64,000 bases of DNA from Prolixibacteraceae bacterium (GCA_963678235.1 OY782766.1:4489617-4553616); one strand, 5' to 3'. Shown: positions 38,060 through 48,786, counted from the first letter of the stretch. The notes: generated by a model not told the origin, from the letters alone. Numbers and translations are program-made.

Positions 38060-41020
38060 TTATGCTTCTTTGTTCCTAACCTTGGTAAGGTATCCTACCG
38101 ATGGCAAGGTGTGTAATTCTTCCAGAAGATGATAGTTTCTTTCATTCTCGAAGAATTTGGAAATGTTGCTGTTTTTATCGTTCAGGTCACCAAACACAAT
38201 GGCATCTGCCGGGCATCCTTGGGCACAAGCTGGTTTAATTTCACCATCTGCCAATGGCCTGTTTTCTAATTTTGCATCCAGTTTTTTCTCCTGTATCCGT
38301 TGAACACACATGGAGCATTTTTCGATCACCCCTTTTGCACGGATTACCACATCGGGATTAAGGACCATTCGTTTCAAATCCATGGTCATTTCCGCAGGAT
38401 CATAGGTGTTTTCAGGAATGGCATCTGCTTTTGTATAATCAAGGAAGTTAAACCTTCGCACTTTGTACGGGCAATTGTTGTTGCAATATCGTGTGCCAAT
38501 ACACCTGTTATAGGCCATTTGGTTGATTCCTTCTTTGCTGTTGGTGGTTGCACCAACCGGACAAACATTTTCACATGGGGCATTGTCGCAATGCTGGCAC
38601 ATAACAGGTTGCCTAACCACTTCCGGGTTTTTCAGGTCGCCCGAATAGTACCTGTCAATTCGGATCCAATGCATTTCGCGTGCCATTTTCACCTGTTCTT
38701 TGCCCACAATCGGAACATTGTTTTCGGCATTACAAGCTACAACACATGCATTACAACCTGTACACGAATTTAAATCGACAGCCATTCCCCAATGGTGCCC
38801 TTTAAATTCCCGTTCTTTATACAAAGTTGTGTGGTGGTGTTCTATTTTTTCATGCATCTCATTTCCTGATGCAGGATTGTCTAAGTATTCGGAGAGTGTT
38901 GTTTCGCGAATGATTGCCCTTCCTTCCATCGAATGATGGGTCTGGGTTTTTGCAAACTCATGATCACCTTCCACTTTTTCTATTTGAATTCCGGATTTTG
39001 TATATAAGCGTGTTTCACCGTTATAACTCACCAAAGGATAGGCATTTCCTCCAACACCATCAGCAACTTTCCCGGCATTTGTGCGGCCATATCCCAGCGC
39101 AACTGAAATGGTTTTATGTTCCTGCCCGGGTTGGATTAATACCGGAAGCGTTAACGAATCTTCAATTTTGATGAGGTCGCCCTCTTCAATAGCCAATTCT
39201 TCGGCAAGTTGTTGCGACATGTTTACATAATTGTCCCAGGTAACTTTCGATACGGGATCGGGTAATTCCTGAAGCCAGGGATTATTGGCTTGTTTGCCAT
39301 CGCCAACCCCAACGCTTTCATAAATTTCCAATTCATATCCATCAGAATTTGAACCTTCAACAATGTTTGGAATTGCGGATACCGTATAGTTGATTCCCGA
39401 TATTTTATTGGGTGTGCTTTCAAACACTCCATCATGGACACACTTGTTCCAGAAATTATAAAAACTTCCGTTGAAGCCCGATTTAGGAAAAACTTCATTT
39501 TTCCAGCGGTTTTTTATAAAGTCAAGATAACTTGTTTCATTCGCGGTCCATTTTAACAGGCTTTCCTGTGCCGAACGTGTTTTGAAAATTGGACGAATGG
39601 CAGGTTGTGTAAGGCTAAAAACGCCCTTTTTTATTTCGTTGTCGTTCCATGCTTCCAAAGCATAATGGTCGGGGCACAGATAGGTACATTCTTCAGCTGT
39701 TTCATCTTTTAGGTTTGGCAATGAAATGCTTAATTGAACTTTTTCCATCCCAGCCTTAAATGCTGCATGGTCGTGGTAATCATAGAGGGGATTTACTCCG
39801 TACAAAATAAGCCCTGAAATTTTACCGTTTTGTAAATCCTCAGTCAAAGCTGCCATTTCAGGATCACTTCCTTTTTTCAAATGAAGGGGTGTGTCTAAAT
39901 CAATGGTATTGCCATAATTGCCAAGCAGGTAATTTATGCCGTTAACAATAACTTGTGTTTCAACATCGTTCGATCCGCAAACCACCAATGAATTTCCTTT
40001 GTTCAACAAAAGCCTTTGTGCCAGGTCCTGCACTTCAACAGGGGATTCAGCAACGGAAATACTTTCTCTGTTGCTTTGTTTAGCTATTTCATTGTACAAA
40101 TTAGCCAGCGCAATTTTTTGCTGCGAATTTTTTAATACAACCCTTTTGTCGGCGTTGCTTCCGGTGAGCGACATTCCCGCTTCGAATTGCACATGGTACG
40201 ACATGTCTATAAGTCCATGGTCATGATCCAGTTTCCTGCCTTTTGCATATTGTTTGGTAAATTCCACCGGCATCAACCAGCTTCCCAGAAAATCTGCCCC
40301 AAATCCAGCAATTACTTTTGCCTTGTCGAAATGATAGGAAGGAATACTTTCTTTGCCAAAAACATTTTTGTTTGCCAATGAAATCGCATTTCCCGAAACG
40401 GAATCGTATTGAATATGCTTTGTATTTGGATATGCTTTTTTAAATTCTTCGATGACTGCAAGGGTTGATGGGCTTATAATTGTTTGGCTAAGAATGGCAA
40501 TGTTCCCTTTTTTTGCTTTGATTGCATTCAGTTGTTCAATAATTTCGCTGTCCACTTTCCCCCAATCTGCAACTATGCCTTTAATGACGGGGTTTCTGTA
40601 CCTCCCTGTATCATACAAACTCAAAACAGAAGCCTGAATACGTGCATTTGTTCCACCTTTTGAGATGGAAGAAAGTTCGTTCCCTTCAATTTTAATGGGC
40701 CGTCCGTCGCGCACCTTTACTAAAATGCTTCCGTAATCGTTTCCATCGTAGAATGTTGAAGCATAGTAACTGGCTTTCCCGGGGGTAATTTCATCAGGCT
40801 TGATAAGATAAGGAATTGCTTTTCGCACAGGTTGCTCACAACTGCTAACCACAGCGGCTGATGCAATGGCAAATCCGAAAAGTTTCAGGAAATCCCTTCG
40901 GTTTGAAGGCGAGGTTGTTATCGGTTCATTGGGTGTTTTCCTTCCTTTATTTGTCAGAAGTACCGAGCCGTCTTTTTCCTTAAGTTCCTCTATGCTTTTG
41001 TAGTATATTTTTTCCATCAA
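38060..41020 (-). CDS. actB: Alternative complex III subunit ActB (Tat-variant molybdopterin-oxidoreductase-like domain fused to a 4Fe-4S domain)
   Basis: RRDFLKLFG Tat motif; a large MopB-like domain; and a C-terminal ferredoxin domain with the clusters CTGCNACVVAC, CQHCDNAPCENVCP and CIGTRYCNNNCP. Confidence 0.85.
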   Translation of the reverse strand: MMEKIYYKSIEELKEKDGSVLLTNKGRKTPNEPITTSPSNRRDFLKLFGFAIASAAVVSSCEQPVRKAIPYLIKPDEITPGKASYYASTFYDGNDYGSILVKVRDGRPIKIEGNELSSISKGGTNARIQASVLSLYDTGRYRNPVIKGIVADWGKVDSEIIEQLNAIKAKKGNIAILSQTIISPSTLAVIEEFKKAYPNTKHIQYDSVSGNAISLANKNVFGKESIPSYHFDKAKVIAGFGADFLGSWLMPVEFTKQYAKGRKLDHDHGLIDMSYHVQFEAGMSLTGSNADKRVVLKNSQQKIALANLYNEIAKQSNRESISVAESPVEVQDLAQRLLLNKGNSLVVCGSNDVETQVIVNGINYLLGNYGNTIDLDTPLHLKKGSDPEMAALTEDLQNGKISGLILYGVNPLYDYHDHAAFKAGMEKVQLSISLPNLKDETAEECTYLCPDHYALEAWNDNEIKKGVFSLTQPAIRPIFKTRSAQESLLKWTANETSYLDFIKNRWKNEVFPKSGFNGSFYNFWNKCVHDGVFESTPNKISGINYTVSAIPNIVEGSNSDGYELEIYESVGVGDGKQANNPWLQELPDPVSKVTWDNYVNMSQQLAEELAIEEGDLIKIEDSLTLPVLIQPGQEHKTISVALGYGRTNAGKVADGVGGNAYPLVSYNGETRLYTKSGIQIEKVEGDHEFAKTQTHHSMEGRAIIRETTLSEYLDNPASGNEMHEKIEHHHTTLYKEREFKGHHWGMAVDLNSCTGCNACVVACNAENNVPIVGKEQVKMAREMHWIRIDRYYSGDLKNPEVVRQPVMCQHCDNAPCENVCPVGATTNSKEGINQMAYNRCIGTRYCNNNCPYKVRRFNFLDYTKADAIPENTYDPAEMTMDLKRMVLNPDVVIRAKGVIEKCSMCVQRIQEKKLDAKLENRPLADGEIKPACAQGCPADAIVFGDLNDKNSNISKFFENERNYHLLEELHTLPSVGYLTKVRNKEA

Positions 41021-41038
41021 ATCCGCAGATTTACTAAA

Positions 41039-42199
41039 TTAATAATGACATTTCATACAATCGGTTCCACCAATTTGTTCCACGGTTACCGAGTCAATTT
41101 TTCCGTTGGTAATTTGTTCGTGGAACTCTTTATAGCTTGAATAATAATCGTTTTCAACGAACTGTACTTTTTTGGTTCTGTGGCAGTCGAGGCACCATCC
41201 CATGGAGAGGTCGCTGTGCTGGGTCAGAAGGCTCATTTCTTCCACTTGTCCGTGGCATTCAACACAATCAAGTTTACCAGCCCCAACATGTTGGGCATGG
41301 CTAAAAAACACATGGTCGGGTAGATTATGTACCCTTACCCATTCAATCGGAATGTTGTTTTCGAAAGCATGGTGTATTTTGTTGATTTCAAATTTTCCGG
41401 AATTTGTGCCTTCGCGCACAATCACGTGGCAGTTCATACAAACATTTACAGGTGGTATTCCTGCTGATTTGCTGTATTCGGCAGTGTTATGGCAGTAAAA
41501 ACAATCGGTTTGGTTAATTCCGGCATGAACCTCGTGCGAAAATTTTATGGGCTGCAAAGGCGCATAAGCTTCTTGCCTTCCGAGGGCCGCCGCTTCGTGG
41601 TATAATATATTAATTAGCCAGGTAAATGCTCCCAGCAGAATAACCACGGTTATAATTTTTAATTTAATTTTTCGTAAAAAGATCAGTTCGATTAAAGCCC
41701 ACAGGATGATGAGGACGAGTAAAATTAAGCCCACAAGCCACATCACTTCCACTTTTTCATGCGGATAACCTTTGTGCGCCATTTCGTCGAGGTAGCCTTT
41801 TACAAGCATTAAATCTTCGCTTTCAATCGGAAAGTTTTGATGTACCTCGCTCATTTTCTTGCCCGTTGGTGACATAACCACTTGTTCGAACGATGCAAAA
41901 TCCATTGTGGCATATTTCTGGGCAATGTCCATGGCAGATGGATTCCAGTTTAAAGTATCTACCGGAACAATATTATGGCACGAAACGCATGAATTGGCTT
42001 CACTTTTAAAAGGAAGAAGCCCTTTAAAAAAACGTTCGCCCCTTTTTAAATCATCGTGTGAATGACCATCAATTAAAAGTGTTTTTTCAGCATTTTCATC
42101 TGCTGTAGAGATACCTGATCCGGTTAAAATAATAAGAAGAATGAATAAGAATGTGGATAGATTTACCAACCTTATTTTTCCAAAGAAATGTTTCTTCAT
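41039..42199 (-). CDS. actA: Alternative complex III subunit ActA (multiheme cytochrome c, six CxxCH)
   Basis: Six CxxCH motifs: CVSCH, CFYCH, CMNCH, CVECH, CLDCH and CMKCH. An internal TM is present. Confidence 0.8.
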   Translation of the reverse strand: MKKHFFGKIRLVNLSTFLFILLIILTGSGISTADENAEKTLLIDGHSHDDLKRGERFFKGLLPFKSEANSCVSCHNIVPVDTLNWNPSAMDIAQKYATMDFASFEQVVMSPTGKKMSEVHQNFPIESEDLMLVKGYLDEMAHKGYPHEKVEVMWLVGLILLVLIILWALIELIFLRKIKLKIITVVILLGAFTWLINILYHEAAALGRQEAYAPLQPIKFSHEVHAGINQTDCFYCHNTAEYSKSAGIPPVNVCMNCHVIVREGTNSGKFEINKIHHAFENNIPIEWVRVHNLPDHVFFSHAQHVGAGKLDCVECHGQVEEMSLLTQHSDLSMGWCLDCHRTKKVQFVENDYYSSYKEFHEQITNGKIDSVTVEQIGGTDCMKCHY

Positions 42200-42500
42200 T
42201 CTGTATAGGTTTTTTACAAATGTTTAGTTCTTATTAAGATACAAAATAAATAAACAATATTAGGGCCTGAAGGTTTTCTAATTTTCAAGATTTTTTCAAG
42301 AATTTTTACTCGCACTTGAAATTCATTTATTTATGGGGAAAATGAAACGTGCTTTTCAGGATTTCATGGACATTGAAGGTACAATCGTAATCCAGTTAAT
42401 TTTAAATAATTATGGGTATAATTAGGCGAGGGCTGACTTGGCAGGTTGCTAAATTCCTGCCTGCCGCCTACAATTGTAATAGGTTGTTTAATAATTTGTT

Positions 42501-42905
42501 TTATTCTTTGATTAAGTCCCTTTCTATATATAGATGCCTTTTTTTCAACTGTGTTTTTACTTTTAAGGTATAAAGTCCTGATTCAATTTTCTGCTCTCCA
42601 ATATGATCAATTGGAGATTCCGAAACTTTCTTCAAATAGTCAAATCCACTTTTATTAATGATTAAGGTAATTGACATGGGATTGCTATAATTCCAAATGT
42701 ATGGAAGGGTTATAAAGTCCGAATATTTCCTTTTTTCAATGTCTTCAACAAAATATATTACCCCATCCACAATTATTCTTAATTCCTTGATATAATATTT
42801 TCCATCGTTTAGAACTCTCAATTTTAATGAGTCCGCCTCAATTTTATCTTGTGAGTATGAGAAGGTAGAGACTAGAATTAGTATTCCGAGCAATATTTTT
42901 TTCAT
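42501..42905 (-). CDS. Small secreted hypothetical protein
   Basis: 134 aa with a signal peptide (MKKILLGILILVSTFSYSQ). Confidence 0.4.
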   Translation of the reverse strand: MKKILLGILILVSTFSYSQDKIEADSLKLRVLNDGKYYIKELRIIVDGVIYFVEDIEKRKYSDFITLPYIWNYSNPMSITLIINKSGFDYLKKVSESPIDHIGEQKIESGLYTLKVKTQLKKRHLYIERDLIKE

Positions 42906-42962
42906 AATGTGTTATAAATAAGGGATAAACATTATATCGTATTTTAATCAAGCCTTAAGAAT

Positions 42963-44084
42963 TTATTTATCGACCTCATCAAGGTTTTTAGTGAGTTTTT
43001 GCACCAGTTTCATATTATCAAAAAACTCTTTTGCAATAACCCTTAAGATGGTATAAGCAGGAATAGCCAAAATCATTCCCAATATTCCGGCGAGGCTACC
43101 GGCAGCCATTATTACCAAAAATATTTCGAGCGGGTGTGCTTTTACACTGTTTGAATAAATGATTGGTTGGAATAATATATTGTCCAGGATTTGAACGGTG
43201 GCAAAAACAAGAACCATAAATCCCAACAAGGGCAAAGTGTGGTTCATAAAATCGAAATTAATATTAATTGCCATTCCAATTAGAAGTCCGACGGCTGCAC
43301 CCATCCACGGTCCGAGGTATGGGATCACATTAAACATGCCGCAAAACAGCCCGATTACAATGGCGTGGCTAAATTCAATCCCAACAATGGTAAGTCCGAG
43401 TGTTACTAGTACCATCACCATAAAAACTTCGAATACCAAACCGATAAAATACCTACGCAATAAACGGGAAATGGAATCCATGATATGCGCAACTTTTTCT
43501 TCCAGGTTCGATGGGACGATCAACATCAGTGCATCGCGAAACATGCTTTGTTCCTTCAGAAAGAAAAAGGTGATGAACGAAACCGAAAAAAATGCAATAA
43601 GAAACGTGCCGATAAAACCTGCAATTTTGCCTAAAACCCCTGATAGTTCCGAAAAATTACTGCTATCAAGTTGACCTAATGCCAGCCTGGTAAAAAATTC
43701 TTTATTCAAAACAATTGGCTCGCTATCCGTAAAATTTGCAATTTGTCGCAAAGGTTCCTCAATGGTTTTTAGCATCGAATTATAATCGACAGTTGACAAA
43801 ATTTCAAATTCACTGATTAACAACGGGATCATAAAGCGGAAAAAACCAATAAACACAAGCCAAATAACAACTAGCGCGAGAAAGGCAGCCAGTGTTTTCG
43901 AAACCCTGAACTTCCAGATTTTAATTTTTTGTGCTGCTTTCACCATTGGCCTGCCAAGAAAAGAAAGTACCACTGAAATAAGGATGTAGGTAACGATTGC
44001 ACCAAAGTACCAAAGCAAATAAAGAATAAGGATTCCTCCAAGAATTAATAGGATGTTTCGGGTACGCCCTTTCACTGAAATCAT
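42963..44084 (-). CDS. AI-2E family transporter (PerM/UPF0118)
   Basis: 373 aa with 7-8 TM segments in the topology of this family. Confidence 0.7.
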   Translation of the reverse strand: MISVKGRTRNILLILGGILILYLLWYFGAIVTYILISVVLSFLGRPMVKAAQKIKIWKFRVSKTLAAFLALVVIWLVFIGFFRFMIPLLISEFEILSTVDYNSMLKTIEEPLRQIANFTDSEPIVLNKEFFTRLALGQLDSSNFSELSGVLGKIAGFIGTFLIAFFSVSFITFFFLKEQSMFRDALMLIVPSNLEEKVAHIMDSISRLLRRYFIGLVFEVFMVMVLVTLGLTIVGIEFSHAIVIGLFCGMFNVIPYLGPWMGAAVGLLIGMAININFDFMNHTLPLLGFMVLVFATVQILDNILFQPIIYSNSVKAHPLEIFLVIMAAGSLAGILGMILAIPAYTILRVIAKEFFDNMKLVQKLTKNLDEVDK

Positions 44085-44174
44085 AAGCGGATTGTATTTT
44101 TAACAAATATCTAAAAAAAATAAACGCATGAGCGGGTTTCGAAAAGTTTATCTGGAATTTTGATTGAATTTAAT

Positions 44175-45743
44175 TTATTTCGGCAAAGGCTTTTGCATTG
44201 TCATCAAGTACCATTGTACGATGTATGCATTGTATTTATGTGGCACTTGTGGATGTTTGAAACTATGTCCCTTAGCTGTTTTTATTAGCATTTTACATAT
44301 TTCCTTGTAAAAAATGGCATCATTTGTTGGGTAATACATTTTTTTTAAAAAATGGGGGGTAGCTTTTACTATTAAATCTTTTAGTTCGTTAAATCCGGAA
44401 TTAGAACTTGCTTTCGTTTTTAAATTAAAATCTAAGTTTAAGGGCTGAAAGAAATGCTTTACGAGGGTACGGTTGTAAAGATTTGCGTCCAATCGTTGTT
44501 GGAACGGGACATTTTTAAAAAAGTCTATCAATTCGGTATCAAACAAAGGCATTAAAACTTCCAATCCGAAATAAGAATATACCAGATTTGAATTGCTTAT
44601 GAATTTACATTGCCTTTCATGGTAATTCCAATCTTCAAAAGAGTTCCAGGGTTCCTTTTTTCCTGAAAAGTAATTGTTGGTCAGGTTTTTATGGATAGCT
44701 TTTAAATCTTCCGGTTTTATTTTTAAAGAAGTACCATATTTTGAAATTATCCGTTTTGCAAAATTAGCGTTGTTGGTACTTTCCATGTTGGTGTTCAGGT
44801 GTGATCCGGCAAAACAATCGCCCGAATGGCCCGGCATAACAACGCACGAATTGTCAATGATCTTCTCGTTCAATAAATATTTTATCCCGAAGTAGTCTTG
44901 TAGGTAGGGCATTGACGAAAAATGACCGGCAAATTGGCTGTAGGAATGAAAGACTGGATCATTGGTAAAATCTGCAATTCGGTTTTTATTGTACTCAACA
45001 AATACATGTTTGTAGCCTAATTGATTTGCAGCTTTCTTGGCTACTTCTGCTTCACGATTGTTTTTTCTGCCCCATGTGGCGCAAATCACATTGTTGTGAC
45101 CATATTCTTTTAACAGGCTTATAAGTAAACGGGAATCGTATCCCCCGGTTAGTGGGACAAGTACTTGTTTGTTTGTGATATATGAATAATATCGATCAAA
45201 CGTTGAGCGGATTGCTTGTCCCAATTGTACCTCGGTTTTTTCTCCCTTGCTTTGAAATGGAGTTTGATTAAAAAAGGAAGTGGAATGGGCCTCTTTTCCC
45301 TTAATCCTTAAGATTTCACCCGGTTTTAATTGAAATAAATCTTTAATAAGGGTTTTGTTTGATGGAGTAACGCCAAAAAGTAAAAAGTAGTCTTTTGAAG
45401 CCTGGTCAATTTCAGGCGACATACTTTTGTCCAAAAGGTGTTCCGGGCAGTCTGCGATGAAAGTTGTTTGGTCATTGGTAAAATAGAAAACAGGGAAACT
45501 CCAAGAATAACACGATGCAAGCCAAATTTCCTCTTCTTTTAAAACCACGATTGAAAATTGTCCTTTCAACTTTTTCACAGTGCTTGCAAAAATTTCAAAT
45601 GTATCCGAATGTTGATGGATAAAGTTTATAAAAGAATCTTTCTGAAAACAAGTCTTGCCATCCCAGCAAATACCAACCACCCAAACCGATTGTTTGTGTT
45701 CCCATTTGTATTTGGAAAGATTTATGTGAAATTTTATATCCAT
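44175..45743 (-). CDS. Asparagine-synthetase-like PP-loop ATP pyrophosphatase lacking the N-terminal nucleophile Cys
   Basis: PP-loop LTGGYDSRLLISLL (SGGxDS-like). The N-terminus lacks MCG. It overlaps the upstream flippase gene by 10 nt. Confidence 0.6.
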   Translation of the reverse strand: MDIKFHINLSKYKWEHKQSVWVVGICWDGKTCFQKDSFINFIHQHSDTFEIFASTVKKLKGQFSIVVLKEEEIWLASCYSWSFPVFYFTNDQTTFIADCPEHLLDKSMSPEIDQASKDYFLLFGVTPSNKTLIKDLFQLKPGEILRIKGKEAHSTSFFNQTPFQSKGEKTEVQLGQAIRSTFDRYYSYITNKQVLVPLTGGYDSRLLISLLKEYGHNNVICATWGRKNNREAEVAKKAANQLGYKHVFVEYNKNRIADFTNDPVFHSYSQFAGHFSSMPYLQDYFGIKYLLNEKIIDNSCVVMPGHSGDCFAGSHLNTNMESTNNANFAKRIISKYGTSLKIKPEDLKAIHKNLTNNYFSGKKEPWNSFEDWNYHERQCKFISNSNLVYSYFGLEVLMPLFDTELIDFFKNVPFQQRLDANLYNRTLVKHFFQPLNLDFNLKTKASSNSGFNELKDLIVKATPHFLKKMYYPTNDAIFYKEICKMLIKTAKGHSFKHPQVPHKYNAYIVQWYLMTMQKPLPK

Positions 45744-47080
45744 AGTTTAATCAAGATCAGTGGAAGGCTTGTAAATAATAAAGTTCTAAACACATAAATA
45801 CCTACTTGCAAGAGCGGAACGCCTGCTTGTTTTAATGAAAACAAGGTTAAAAAAGAAAAAAATGCGAACCCGACCAAACTGAATAAGGCGATGGTGTAAA
45901 ATATATCTTGAAAATATAATCCTCCAATTAAAAGGGCTGCAGCCCTGAAAAACAAGAGCAAAATGTTATAGCTTAACGATATATGTTGTTTTTCTTTTAC
46001 GATTAAAATGGAAGATAAGGGAGAACCCAGAAAAACAGCAAAAAGCCATGGAGCTATAAGTTGCGCCAATTCCCCCGATGTTGACCATTCCATCCCAAAA
46101 ATAAATTGGAAAATCTCTTTTCCCCACAGGGCTAATATTGTGAATGGCAACACACCTAAGATAAACTGCCGTTTAAACAAAGACATCGTTAGGGTAGATA
46201 ACTTTTCGGGAAACTTATTTAATGACTGGGATTTTTCAACATAAACACTTGCAGTGGAAGTGCTTGTTAATTGAATAGGTGTGCTAATATAACGATGCGG
46301 AAATGAGTATAGCCCAAGAATGGTTTCCCCGAATATTGGTTTCAGCAAAAAAATGGGGAGTTGCCCACTGAAGAAATTAAAACTTTCGCTAAGGACCGAG
46401 AATTTTAGGAATTTAATATGCCTTTTTGCAAGCCGGATTTCTTCGGTATTGGGGAACTTCAAAGAAAAGGCATTTGACCTGCTGGCTTTTCCAATATAAA
46501 TTACAAAAACGATGATTTGCGCCAATACGACTCCCAAAAACAAACCTGTTTCAGGAACGATAAAAAACAAAGCTTGTAACAAACCAACGATCGCGGCACG
46601 GCTGATTTCCATAATCGAAATGCGCTTAAACTGTTTTTGGCTGACGAATAAATTCCTTAATACCTGGATGTTGGCAAAGAAAAATGAATAAACCGGAACC
46701 AGAAGAAGCATCAATTTTTCTTCAAGCCCTAACTTGTTTTGGATGAAAGATACCCATAGTAAAAAAAGAAGCAGTACGAAGGAATTGAAGGCAAAGTTTA
46801 ATTTTATGCTAAATCCGAAAAGGTGTTTTCTCTCTTCCTGGTTGTTTGCAATCAATAGTGCGCTTTCGTATTTTCCAGTTGAGATAATCGACAAGAACGA
46901 TCCGATGCTTAGATATAGCACAAAATTACCAAACTGAGAAGGCGCATAAAGCCTGGCAATGAGCAATGCAAAAAGTGCAGGAATAATCCTGGCAATAAAG
47001 GTCCCGGTGAAAAGTTTAAAAATATCCCGATAAAATTCACTTTGAATGGTTTCTTTAATGATGTTGCGAATTTTATTCAT
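45734..47080 (-). CDS. Wzx-like polysaccharide/oligosaccharide flippase family membrane protein
   Basis: 448 aa with about 12 TM segments. Confidence 0.6.
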   Translation of the reverse strand: MNKIRNIIKETIQSEFYRDIFKLFTGTFIARIIPALFALLIARLYAPSQFGNFVLYLSIGSFLSIISTGKYESALLIANNQEERKHLFGFSIKLNFAFNSFVLLLFLLWVSFIQNKLGLEEKLMLLLVPVYSFFFANIQVLRNLFVSQKQFKRISIMEISRAAIVGLLQALFFIVPETGLFLGVVLAQIIVFVIYIGKASRSNAFSLKFPNTEEIRLAKRHIKFLKFSVLSESFNFFSGQLPIFLLKPIFGETILGLYSFPHRYISTPIQLTSTSTASVYVEKSQSLNKFPEKLSTLTMSLFKRQFILGVLPFTILALWGKEIFQFIFGMEWSTSGELAQLIAPWLFAVFLGSPLSSILIVKEKQHISLSYNILLLFFRAAALLIGGLYFQDIFYTIALFSLVGFAFFSFLTLFSLKQAGVPLLQVGIYVFRTLLFTSLPLILIKLWI

Positions 47081-47236
47081 AAACGATTGGATACTTGTAA
47101 AAAATATTCAGGTCAAACTTAATTTGTGCAATGCAAATAACATGTTAAAAATAATAAAATTGTGCAGAGCATTTGTTTTTATTGAATCGGATAAAGTAAT
47201 TTTGTCACCTTAAATCAAGTTGAAAAAACAGGTTTT

Positions 47237-47941
47237 ATGCAGTTTTTAATCGATGATCCAATAGTGGAAAAGCAATTTCAACAATTGCAAAATGAAATTA
47301 AACTCCGAAAAAATGGCCCGGTTTCCGACAGTATGAAAGATAAGGGGATCAAGTATGCTTTTAATTGGGGTGTTTCGATTATGGATTTGAAAGAAATTGC
47401 CAGGAAATACCCGGCAAACCATTTGTTGGCGCTTAAACTGTGGAACAAACAATGGCGTGAGAGCATGATCCTGGCGACTTTGCTGGATGATCCAAAACTG
47501 GTCACCGAGGAGCAAATGGATTTCTGGACCAAAAGTTTTGAAAATACCGAAATTGCTGAACATGCTGTTGCAAACCTTTGGGTGAAAACTCCCTTTGCTT
47601 TTGTGAAGGCAATTGAATGGATGCGCGGAAAAAAGCATTTGGTAAGGTACACCGGGATTCAGTTAATGGGGCGTTTGGCAATGGTCGAAAAAAAGGCATT
47701 GGACGAAATGTTTGAACCTTTTTTTGAGATTTTACATCCTTTAACAAAAGATGCCAGTTTGTCAACTGTTCTTTATCGTTCCCTAAATATCTTAGGAAGC
47801 CGGTCAAAATACCTGAATGGGCTTTGCCTTAATTTTGTGAATGATTTAAAGGAATCTGACTCGGAGGTTGCTAAAAAACTTGCCGGATTGGTTTATGAAG
47901 AATTAAGCTCGGAATTTATTCAGGAGAGGTTTGATCAATAA
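47237..47941 (+). CDS. DNA alkylation repair protein (AlkC/AlkD-like HEAT-repeat glycosylase family)
   Basis: 234-aa all-helical protein, including the motif ...KYAFNWGVS...LALKLWNKQWRESMILATLLDDP. Confidence 0.65.
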   Translation: MQFLIDDPIVEKQFQQLQNEIKLRKNGPVSDSMKDKGIKYAFNWGVSIMDLKEIARKYPANHLLALKLWNKQWRESMILATLLDDPKLVTEEQMDFWTKSFENTEIAEHAVANLWVKTPFAFVKAIEWMRGKKHLVRYTGIQLMGRLAMVEKKALDEMFEPFFEILHPLTKDASLSTVLYRSLNILGSRSKYLNGLCLNFVNDLKESDSEVAKKLAGLVYEELSSEFIQERFDQ

Positions 47942-48015
47942 AAACTGAAAGCTTGTCATGAAAACTTTCGTGGCAGGGAAATTGTTTCACTCTTGTCGCT
48001 TTAAATTTTAAAATT

Positions 48016-48786
48016 ATGAATCTTACAAAATCATCCAATCCTGTATTAAAGGATAAGGTTTTCGCAAAAGGATATACGACTTCTGATGAGGTTATGACCG
48101 TTAATGGAACAGTAAACAAAACAGCTTTAATGCTTCTTTTGGTGCTGGCTGGTGCGGTATTTACATGGGGAAAGTTTTTTAATGGAGCCAGCTACGATAA
48201 TCCGGGTGCGGGCATGTCTGCAATTTTACCCTGGTTGCTAATTGGTGGTATCGGAGGTTTTATTATGGCAATGGTTACCACATTCCGTCCACAAAGTTCA
48301 GGGGTAACTGCCCCAATTTACGCTGTTCTTGAAGGTTTGTTCCTTGGGGGCATATCCGCTGTTTTTGAAATGCAATACCCAAATATTGTTATGCGTGCAG
48401 TGGGATTAACACTCGCAGTTTTTGTGGTAATGCTTTCCCTTTACCGCTCGGGAATGATTAACGTTAACCGAAAATTTATGCTTGGGGTAATGGCTGCAAC
48501 AGGTGGAATTGCGCTCATGTATTTTGTGAGCTTTATCGCCGGAATGTTTGGGGCAAATATGGGGTTCCTTTACGGAAATAGTAATTTGAGTATTGGAATC
48601 AGCCTCGTCGTTGTGGTTGTTGCCGCATTAAACCTGGTACTCGATTTTGCTTTTATCGAAAGGGCTTCCAGATCGGGAGCACCCAAATACATGGAATGGT
48701 ATGGTGCCTTTGGACTTATGGTAACCCTTGTGTGGTTGTACCTTGAAATATTAAGGTTGCTGTCGAAATTGGCAAGCAGGGATTAA
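48016..48786 (+). CDS. Bax-inhibitor-1/YccA-like 7-TM membrane protein (tentative)
   Basis: 256 aa with about 7 TM segments and a charged C-terminus. Confidence 0.4.
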   Translation: MNLTKSSNPVLKDKVFAKGYTTSDEVMTVNGTVNKTALMLLLVLAGAVFTWGKFFNGASYDNPGAGMSAILPWLLIGGIGGFIMAMVTTFRPQSSGVTAPIYAVLEGLFLGGISAVFEMQYPNIVMRAVGLTLAVFVVMLSLYRSGMINVNRKFMLGVMAATGGIALMYFVSFIAGMFGANMGFLYGNSNLSIGISLVVVVVAALNLVLDFAFIERASRSGAPKYMEWYGAFGLMVTLVWLYLEILRLLSKLASRD

